A DNA stretch of 64,000 nucleotides from Candidatus Aldehydirespiratoraceae bacterium (GTDB taxonomy: Bacteria > Actinomycetota > Acidimicrobiia > Acidimicrobiales > Aldehydirespiratoraceae), in NCBI GenBank assembly GCA_965208435.1, contig OZ242337.1:960998-1024997 (forward strand). The letters are read 5' to 3'. The position numbers were made by a program, and so were the translations under genes. Of this stretch, positions 56,041-63,156 are shown piece after piece. How positions within the stretch are numbered: position 1 is the first letter of the stretch; every line of letters begins with the position of its first letter. Below the pieces are notes generated by a model. That model was not told where the DNA came from. It was given only the letters and a program-made list of their open reading frames with translations, and did no database searches.

Positions 56041-56349
56041 ATGTCCGAGTCCCTCCGAGAACTCATAGACGAAGCCAAGTTGAGCGGCGACTGGAATCAG
56101 GTCACTGACTGGTGCGAAGCCTTCGACTGGGCAACGGCTGTAGGGGTGCCAACCGCCGAGTTCTATCTCAGGTGCGTCTACGAGACCTCCCCAGAGGGCG
56201 AAACGCTACTCATAGAAGCCGTCTCAGCCGCTAGAGCCGCCGGAACGCCCTGGCCCCGCATCGCCCGGATCCTTGACACCACCGCCCAAGATGCCCAAGA
56301 CCGATTCGCTCCCCTCATCAAGTCCACCGAACCCGCCCATCAGTCCTGA
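56041..56349 (+). CDS. Small hypothetical protein, possible partner/antitoxin with an HTH-like tail
   Basis: 102 aa, with TPWPRIARILDTTAQDAQDRF. It is tightly coupled to the upstream small ORF. Confidence 0.4.
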   Translation: MSESLRELIDEAKLSGDWNQVTDWCEAFDWATAVGVPTAEFYLRCVYETSPEGETLLIEAVSAARAAGTPWPRIARILDTTAQDAQDRFAPLIKSTEPAHQS

Positions 56350-56350
56350 G

Positions 56351-56508
56351 GGCCTTGAATCGCTTGAGGAAACGCTGGCGATCCTAGCTGACCCCGATGC
56401 CATGGAGAGCGTGAGATCGCCGACGGCGACGTAATTGATGGCGTTGAAGCCCTCAGAGCACTGCGACCACGGTGAATGCACAACGGTGCGGACTCGCGGT
56501 CGCGCGCT
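56351..56508 (+). pseudogene. Phd/YefM-type antitoxin C-terminal remnant (frameshifted)
   Basis: Reads GLESLEETLAILADPDAMESVRS, then in another frame DGDVIDGVEALRALRPR. No N-terminal part is present. Confidence 0.35.
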
Positions 56509-56537
56509 CCGCAGCAACTGTCATTGCCAAGCGGCGG

Positions 56538-59500
56538 TTATTCGAACTCGGAGGATCGGGAGCCCAGGTTGGTCGCGTTCTCGGAGACCGTGCGTCGGGT
56601 GGCGTCGTCGAACCCGTCTTCGTTGCGGGCACGGACTTCGAGGGTGATTTCCACATCCGGGCCGAGTCGGGCGGTCACATGTTCAGCGATCTCTCCGAGT
56701 TGTCTGATGCAGCGAACCGGATCCAATTCGAACTGGGCGTAGAACTCGGTCGGCCCTGTAGTGGCACCGGCTGCGTCCGCGGCTGAATCAGCAGGCTTAC
56801 TGCCGTCGGCCTTGGAGCTGTCAGCACCGCCGACGCCTCCCTCAGCCGGAGCACCAGTGTCGGGGTCGGGGTCTGCCGGCGGGGGCAGGCTGTCGGGGCG
56901 GATCAACAGGCCGCTGTGCGTCGGTGTCACATGTTGCGCTGTGTGGACACCGAGCCAGCGTTCACCGTCATGCGCATCGGCGTAGGCGAACGTCGTCTGC
57001 TCCCAGTCGAAGGCCGCCACCCCGTCTGAGAGAGCCTCTGCCATCACCTCGAACGATCCCAGCCTCGGCATATGGCAGAAACGGGCGTAGGTGGCCCAGA
57101 GCTCTGCGACCGTCAAGTCGCCGCGGTCTGACCACAGCCCGTTGCGGTCGATGTCCATGCGCACACGCACCCCGCTGTACTTGGAGATGAGCTTCTCCTC
57201 GCTTCGCAGCTTGCGACTGGCACGGACCGCGATCGTGTCCTCCCCCGCGGCGCGGCTCGTCTGCCATACGATGGCGGAGGTCCCGGGGAGTTTCTCCGGG
57301 GTGAGGACCAGGGTGAAAGTCTCGTTGATGAGCGACTCGACCCGCTGCTGGGAGTCGTCGAGTTTGGTCTGCGCCTGGCGAAGCTGATGCTTTGTCAACT
57401 CGAGGTCGTCGCCGCCGTCGACAATTGAGCGCCATGCGAGGTATGCACGGGCGGCATCGAGCAGTTCACCGACACGGTTGGTGCCCGGCGCGACGAACAC
57501 CAGCAGATTGGGGTTCAGTCGGGGTCCGGCGTCTCGTTTGGCGAGGATCTTCTCCGCCATCTCGATCGCCTTGGACTTGTCGTCGCCTGCGGAATGCGTG
57601 AACTTGGGCGCCAGCACGACGAGCCGCACGCCGTCGTCGTTGTCGGGAACGTCGCCCGGGCCTTCCGCGAACACTTGCACCGCGTGGAAGTCTCCGCGAT
57701 CGCGCTGTTCAGAGACCATCCGCCGCGCCAGATCCTCGGCGTCGCGTTCGTCGTAGTTGGAGGCTCGGTCCTCAGCGATTCGGGTGACGTTGGGGGTAAG
57801 CGAGTACCAGTACTGGGAGCCGTCGACGTACAGGTGCGTCGCCCGGTCCGAGAGCCGTCGCAGGGCGTCGGAGAACTGCCCGAGAGACTCTCCGGGTTGC
57901 GCGCAGCCCAGCACCACCGACTTGACGTCGACTCCGCGTCTGCCGTCGGGACGCGGCGCAGAACTCATGTATACGGTGCGCGCAGCCCGACGGGTGGCCG
58001 CGATCCGTCCGAAGTGTGGAAACTCGCTGTCGATGTGCAACGGCAGAGCGTTCTCACCGTCCACGTCGGATTTGATCACCGGGTCCCAGCCCTCGTCGAG
58101 GTACTTCTTCATCTCGCTCACCAACGGCCCGGAGTCCATCGGCAGGCTGGCCGGCATGATCATGAGCGATCGGTCGTCGCGCTGCCACAGCTGCGATATC
58201 ACCAGCGCCATCAACCTCAGCACTCCCCTGGTTCGCTGAAACTTCTCGAGCGCCGACCAGTCCCCGAACAGCCGGTCGAACAGCTCTGGATGTATCGGGT
58301 AGGAGAGCTCCATGCGACGCCGGTACTCGCCCTCCCCGACTCTGGGCGGGAACTCTTTGGCGTGCTTGCGGTACATCTCGCTGAACGCTCGGATCACCCC
58401 GTCGCGGACCTTGGCCTGCTCGGCAGTGATCGGGTCGAACAGGCGTCGACGCACGATCTCGAAGGATTCGTCGGGTGAGGCGGGCTGCCACTGCGCCGCC
58501 TTGCGCGCGACGACGTTCTTGAGCCTCTCAAGTGCCGTGCGCCCCTTCGGACCGCCGGTCTCGATGTCTGATGCCGGGATGGCGATGAGCACGACCACAT
58601 TGGGCACAGCCGCAGCCGCTTCGGTCAGCGCCTGCGCGAACGTGAACTGCGTGTCGAAGTCGCCTCCCGCCGGTCGGACGGCGTTGGGGTTGGACCCGTC
58701 TGGAAGTTGGCGGGCGTAGGCCACCCACTCGTCGATCAGTACGACCGCAGGGCCGAACTGCTGGAACAGCTTGACCAGTGCAGCTCCCGGATTGGTGGCG
58801 GCCTCGTCGTCAGCACGCACCAGTTCGTAGGCTTCCCGTCCGCCGAGTTGATAGGCGAGGCGACCCCACAGGGTGTTGAGACGAACGTCAGGTTCGGGAT
58901 CCTCGGGTGTGGCCGGTTGGATCATCTGCCCGACGAGGACTGACCGGTTTATCTGTTCTGGAAGCGACACTCCCTGCGCGGCCAGCACGTCGCCGATGCC
59001 TGGCATTTCTGCGGCCGGCTCTCCCGAGGCCAGGTGGTACAGCGCGATCATGGAGTGGGTCTTGCCACCACCGAAGTTGGTCTGCAGTTCGATCACGGGG
59101 TCGCCACCATCCCCGGAGAGCCGGCGTGCTGCTCCCGCGAGCATCTCTTCCAGGCCCTGCGTGAGGTAGGTGCGGGCGTAGAAGGCACGGGGATCCTGGT
59201 ACTCCGCTTCTGCGGTGCCTTCCAGCACGTCGTGTAGATTGGCGGCGAACTCGGCCTGCTCGAAGCGCCCGGACGCGACATCGCCGTGCGGCGTGATGAT
59301 CTCGCGCCACGGCGTCAGCCCGGTCTCGGGCCTGCCCTCTGCCGGTTTTGCTGCGGTGCGACGGCGCTCGGAGCGGGACTGCTCGTCGACCATCTGGCGC
59401 ATGAGGTCCTGTCGGAGGCCGCGTATCTGGTGTCGTTCGGTTGCGTTGCCGAACGACTCGAGCACTCGTTCCATCGAGTCGAGCGCCCGAACGGTGTCGT

Positions 59501-59804
59501 CGGTGGACATCGACTGTTGATGCGCCCAGCGGTTGCGGGCGTCGGCTACTTCAAACACCATCGAGCGCACGCCCGCGGGAAAGCCGTGGCCGAACACTTC
59601 GTTCCAAGTGAGTTTGATACCGGTCAGCAGGAACGCAGCATCGTCAGTGGAGGGTTCGCGCAGCGGATTGTGGAGCCTCTGGTTGACGGTCCGGAGCCAG
59701 TCGTCGCCGTAGAACCCCTGCCAGGTCTCCTCGCACTTCGGCCGCAGCCCGTCTCGCAGCAGGTCGAGCGCCTTGGCGATGCGCTCCGTGTTCGCCATCA
59801 CCAT
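56538..59804 (-). CDS. HEPN (Swt1-like) plus DUF499 P-loop NTPase, 1088 aa
   Basis: The N-terminal Rx4H HEPN motif is ARNRWAHQ, and the DUF499-type P-loop is NFGGGKTHS. Walker B is VVLIDEW. The conserved C-terminal module reads EFYAQFELDPVR...EITLEVRARNEDGFDDATRRTVSENATNLG. Confidence 0.85.
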   Translation of the reverse strand: MVMANTERIAKALDLLRDGLRPKCEETWQGFYGDDWLRTVNQRLHNPLREPSTDDAAFLLTGIKLTWNEVFGHGFPAGVRSMVFEVADARNRWAHQQSMSTDDTVRALDSMERVLESFGNATERHQIRGLRQDLMRQMVDEQSRSERRRTAAKPAEGRPETGLTPWREIITPHGDVASGRFEQAEFAANLHDVLEGTAEAEYQDPRAFYARTYLTQGLEEMLAGAARRLSGDGGDPVIELQTNFGGGKTHSMIALYHLASGEPAAEMPGIGDVLAAQGVSLPEQINRSVLVGQMIQPATPEDPEPDVRLNTLWGRLAYQLGGREAYELVRADDEAATNPGAALVKLFQQFGPAVVLIDEWVAYARQLPDGSNPNAVRPAGGDFDTQFTFAQALTEAAAAVPNVVVLIAIPASDIETGGPKGRTALERLKNVVARKAAQWQPASPDESFEIVRRRLFDPITAEQAKVRDGVIRAFSEMYRKHAKEFPPRVGEGEYRRRMELSYPIHPELFDRLFGDWSALEKFQRTRGVLRLMALVISQLWQRDDRSLMIMPASLPMDSGPLVSEMKKYLDEGWDPVIKSDVDGENALPLHIDSEFPHFGRIAATRRAARTVYMSSAPRPDGRRGVDVKSVVLGCAQPGESLGQFSDALRRLSDRATHLYVDGSQYWYSLTPNVTRIAEDRASNYDERDAEDLARRMVSEQRDRGDFHAVQVFAEGPGDVPDNDDGVRLVVLAPKFTHSAGDDKSKAIEMAEKILAKRDAGPRLNPNLLVFVAPGTNRVGELLDAARAYLAWRSIVDGGDDLELTKHQLRQAQTKLDDSQQRVESLINETFTLVLTPEKLPGTSAIVWQTSRAAGEDTIAVRASRKLRSEEKLISKYSGVRVRMDIDRNGLWSDRGDLTVAELWATYARFCHMPRLGSFEVMAEALSDGVAAFDWEQTTFAYADAHDGERWLGVHTAQHVTPTHSGLLIRPDSLPPPADPDPDTGAPAEGGVGGADSSKADGSKPADSAADAAGATTGPTEFYAQFELDPVRCIRQLGEIAEHVTARLGPDVEITLEVRARNEDGFDDATRRTVSENATNLGSRSSEFE

Positions 59805-59946
59805 GGGCGTCTCCGTTCGTCAGCAGGAATCGTTGTGATCACGCCCCATACAATGCCACGAACCTATGACAATGCCATTGCTGCGTGATGCGCCCACCGT
59901 CGGCATGCCACCCGTCCGCAGCCGACCCCAATAACTCAGCAGACTC

Positions 59947-61215
59947 CTATTCGGACCACAGGGAGTTTACGGGTCGCATGTGGAGGCGGTCACCCGTAGT
60001 CAGAGTCAAGGGTCCAGTGTGCAGAAGGATGCCAGAGCGGAACGAGCCCGGGTTGGAAGCATCAAGTTTGTCGCGCAGCCAGCGCAGGTGGCTGACCGCA
60101 TCGGTAGAGGGCGAGTTGGTCGCCTTAACTTCTACGGCAACTACAGCGCCGTTGGGAGCTTCGATGATGAGATCGATCTCACGGCCCCGATGTGTACGGT
60201 CTTGATGGTTTCGCCAGTGGTGAAGTGTGTATCTGTGGGGCGAGGCGGCAAGCTGCCGTGCGATCTCGTTCACAACGAAGGTTTCCAGCAGCGGCCCCGA
60301 GGCGAGAGCGGTGGGTGATGCCAGAGCGTGGGGATCGACTCCGATGAGGCCGGCTGCCAGTCCACTGTCGGTGACGTGGACTTTGGGCCGGCGGGACGTC
60401 CGCGACGAGAGGTTCCGGGACCACGCTGGGATTTCGTGTATCAAGAAGACGGTCTGTAGCCACTCGAGGTATGAGGCGACCACCGTGCGGCTCACCTCCA
60501 GGTCCCGCGAGGCATCGGACTGGTTGATCGGACTGCTGGTGCAGGATGCGACCCAGCGCAGCAGGCGCGGCAACGATGCCGCCTTGCGTATATCGGCGAG
60601 CGCGGCGATGTCGCGTTGGACCACCGTCTCGACGTAGCTCGCGAACCAGCGCTGTCGCTGGTTGGGGTTCAGGTCGATGACCTCTGGGTAGCCTCCTCTG
60701 CAGACGCGGGAGAAGTAGTCGTCCCGTGTGAGGTCGGTTGCGGGGTACGGTGGGGGGCCGCCCTCGAACCAACTGTCGATCTCAGTGGGCCGTGTACCTG
60801 CCAGTTCCGCCTCCGACAGCGGCCCCAAACGGAAAATCTGCACTCGACCAGCGAGGGACTCGCTGATGTTGGGCACGGTCAGGAAGTTGGTGGAGCCGGT
60901 CAAAAGAAAACGCCCAGGGGTTCTGGACTGGTCTACGAGCCTCTTTACGGCGACGATCATCCGGTCGCCGCCGCGCTGCGCCTCGTCAATGACCAGCGGA
61001 TAGCGCTGGTTGGCCAAGAATGCCACAGGGTCGACGAGCACTCCTTCGCGTAGATCATCGTCGTCCAGTGACACGTATGTGCCTCGGCGGTCATTGGCGA
61101 TCATCTGGGCCAAGGTTGACTTTCCGCTCTGGCGGGCACCGTGCAGCATCACCACGCGGGAGAAATCCAGCGCTGCCTCGATCTCTGACTGCATGTGTCG
61201 AGCTACAGTCTCCAC
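59947..61215 (-). CDS. AAA ATPase with a DUF4143 / restriction-endonuclease-like C-terminus (COG1373 type)
   Basis: Has HGARQSGKSTL, LVIDEAQ and FLLTGS. The C-terminus has GREIDLIIE...VAVEVKAT. Confidence 0.85.
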   Translation of the reverse strand: METVARHMQSEIEAALDFSRVVMLHGARQSGKSTLAQMIANDRRGTYVSLDDDDLREGVLVDPVAFLANQRYPLVIDEAQRGGDRMIVAVKRLVDQSRTPGRFLLTGSTNFLTVPNISESLAGRVQIFRLGPLSEAELAGTRPTEIDSWFEGGPPPYPATDLTRDDYFSRVCRGGYPEVIDLNPNQRQRWFASYVETVVQRDIAALADIRKAASLPRLLRWVASCTSSPINQSDASRDLEVSRTVVASYLEWLQTVFLIHEIPAWSRNLSSRTSRRPKVHVTDSGLAAGLIGVDPHALASPTALASGPLLETFVVNEIARQLAASPHRYTLHHWRNHQDRTHRGREIDLIIEAPNGAVVAVEVKATNSPSTDAVSHLRWLRDKLDASNPGSFRSGILLHTGPLTLTTGDRLHMRPVNSLWSE

Positions 61216-61231
61216 TCTGCGACTATAGTCC

Positions 61232-61295
61232 TACTTTGCAAATTCGCAGCAAGATACTTTGCAAATTCGCAGCAAGATACTTTGCAAATTCGCAG
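61232..61295. promoter_or_regulatory. 2.8 copies of an AT-rich 23-bp repeat containing the palindrome TTTGCAAA
   Basis: tactttgcaaattcgcagcaaga occurs at 61232-61254 and 61255-61277, with a partial copy at 61278-61295. The array starts 17 nt upstream of the DUF4143 ATPase start codon. Confidence 0.7.
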
Positions 61296-61341
61296 GCTTT
61301 TGGAATTGGGGCGTCGTGATTCGGGGAACGCAAGGTCCACC

Positions 61342-62904
61342 TCAAGCGGGCATCGGGTCTTCCGTTTCGCCGCCTGCCAAGCCTTCGAGGCGCTCGAGGT
61401 CCTCGGGGGAGTCCATCTCGATCACGGCCCGAACGGCTTTGCCGGGCCCGGTGAGCTCCTTGAGCGCACGGTCGCCTGCGCTGTTGCGAGCGGGGCGGTC
61501 GGTGGTGAGGAGGACCAGCCGGGTCTCGGGATTCTTCGAATGCAGCACGGATGCTTTGCCGAGCGCCTTCCAGAGGGTGTCGGTGCGGCGAAGGCCCGGG
61601 CGCTGGGTCACGCTGAACGCCCCCGACACGTCGAAGCACCAGGGCTGCCCCCTCTGGTCGAGAGCCTTGAAGTTGACCTGCACGCCACAGCCCTCGGAGA
61701 CTTTCTCATCGATCACCCTGAAACCACAACGGACTAGGACCGCGAGTGCCATCTCCTGGGCTTTTCGGCCCTCCTCCCCCGCCCGAGCCTGGAAGTCTTC
61801 GTTCACAGGGTCTTTGTTCTCAGGGGATGTGCTGCGATGAGCTTCAACCTGGCTTCCGTTCTGCGGTGCCGACGCGCCGAGAACCTGCTCGGAGAAACTC
61901 AATTGACCTTTGCGTACCTTTCGACGCGGAGCCGCGACCGACCAGTTGAGCGAGCCGGAGCGCTCGGGTGGCGCCTGCCGCTCTGCGGCGATGCGCTGCT
62001 CAGCCAATTCGATGTAGCCGCCGTCAGTGTCGAAGCCGACGTAGTGGCGTTGTGAGCGCACGGCGGCCACGGCGGTGGTTCCGGACCCGATGAACGGGTC
62101 GAGCACCAAGTCGCCCCGATAGGTGTAGAGCTCGATCAGGCGCTGCGGCAACTCCACCGGGAACGGCGCGGGATGACCCACTCGCGTGGCCGAGGCCGGG
62201 GGGATCTCCCACACGTCGGTTGTGGCTTCCATGAACTCGTCGACATGTACAGTGCTCACCGAGGGCAGCCCCTCATCAGCACGCGCCGGGGCCGGCCGCG
62301 CCCGGTCCAGGCGCCCCTTTGAAGCGATCACAACCCGTTCGGTCAGGTCTCGCAGAACCGGATTGGCCGGCTGCTGGAAGCTGCCCCATGCACAGCTGCC
62401 CGCCGCGCCCCGTGCCTTGAGCCAGACCACCTCACCGCGCAGCAACAGCCGCAGACGGTCCTGGAGTATCTGCACCACATCGGCCGACAACGACCGATAC
62501 GGGCGGCGCCCCAGGTTGGCGACGTTCACAGCAATACGACCGCCAGGCTCCAACTTTCGCACACATTCGGCGAACACCGCCTCCAACATCTCCAGATAGG
62601 CGATGTAGTCGGCCGGCACATGTCCACACCCCACCGCTTCCTCGTATTCCTTGCCTGCGAAGTAGGGGGGCGACGTGACTACGAGCGCTACCGAGTCGTC
62701 AGCGATGTCGCCGTAGGCGTCCATGTCACGCGCGTCGCCCTCCCAGAGCATGTCGACACAGGAGGGGGAGACGACTTCGTCGTCGCCGCTGATCTCCGGC
62801 GCCGGGAACCGGGCATAGAACGCCGACGCGTCATGCCCCTCGCGCCGCCCGACCCCAAAATTGGACGTGGACGTTCCCCCCTTACGCCGATCCGACACGC
62901 TCAT
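61342..62904 (-). CDS. Beta-class N4/N6 DNA methyltransferase fused to an uncharacterised C-terminal domain of about 200 aa
   Basis: Motif IV (VVTSPPYFAGKEY) precedes motif I (LVLDPFIGSGTT). The C-terminal region (GRKAQEMALAVLVRCGFRV...NFKALDQRGQPWCFDVSG...RRTDTLWKALGKA) has no family I can name. The start was chosen at MSVSDRR. Confidence 0.8.
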   Translation of the reverse strand: MSVSDRRKGGTSTSNFGVGRREGHDASAFYARFPAPEISGDDEVVSPSCVDMLWEGDARDMDAYGDIADDSVALVVTSPPYFAGKEYEEAVGCGHVPADYIAYLEMLEAVFAECVRKLEPGGRIAVNVANLGRRPYRSLSADVVQILQDRLRLLLRGEVVWLKARGAAGSCAWGSFQQPANPVLRDLTERVVIASKGRLDRARPAPARADEGLPSVSTVHVDEFMEATTDVWEIPPASATRVGHPAPFPVELPQRLIELYTYRGDLVLDPFIGSGTTAVAAVRSQRHYVGFDTDGGYIELAEQRIAAERQAPPERSGSLNWSVAAPRRKVRKGQLSFSEQVLGASAPQNGSQVEAHRSTSPENKDPVNEDFQARAGEEGRKAQEMALAVLVRCGFRVIDEKVSEGCGVQVNFKALDQRGQPWCFDVSGAFSVTQRPGLRRTDTLWKALGKASVLHSKNPETRLVLLTTDRPARNSAGDRALKELTGPGKAVRAVIEMDSPEDLERLEGLAGGETEDPMPA

Positions 62905-63156
62905 ACTGCAGGGGGCCGTCCGGTATGACCGAGACCACTTAGGAGTGACGGCGAAGGAAGAGCAAGAACCATGCGTACAAGCTACCCCGACCGCGTGACA
63001 CAGGTGGAGAGCCTTCCGCTCAGATCGTTGCGCCCTCCCCACGAGCGGACACTCTCGGCTGGGCAGGCAACCCATGGGGTCATCGAGAAATGCCTGACGG
63101 CCAGCACTAATTTAGAAACTGCCCACAAGATAATTGCAAAATCGCCCACTCACTAG

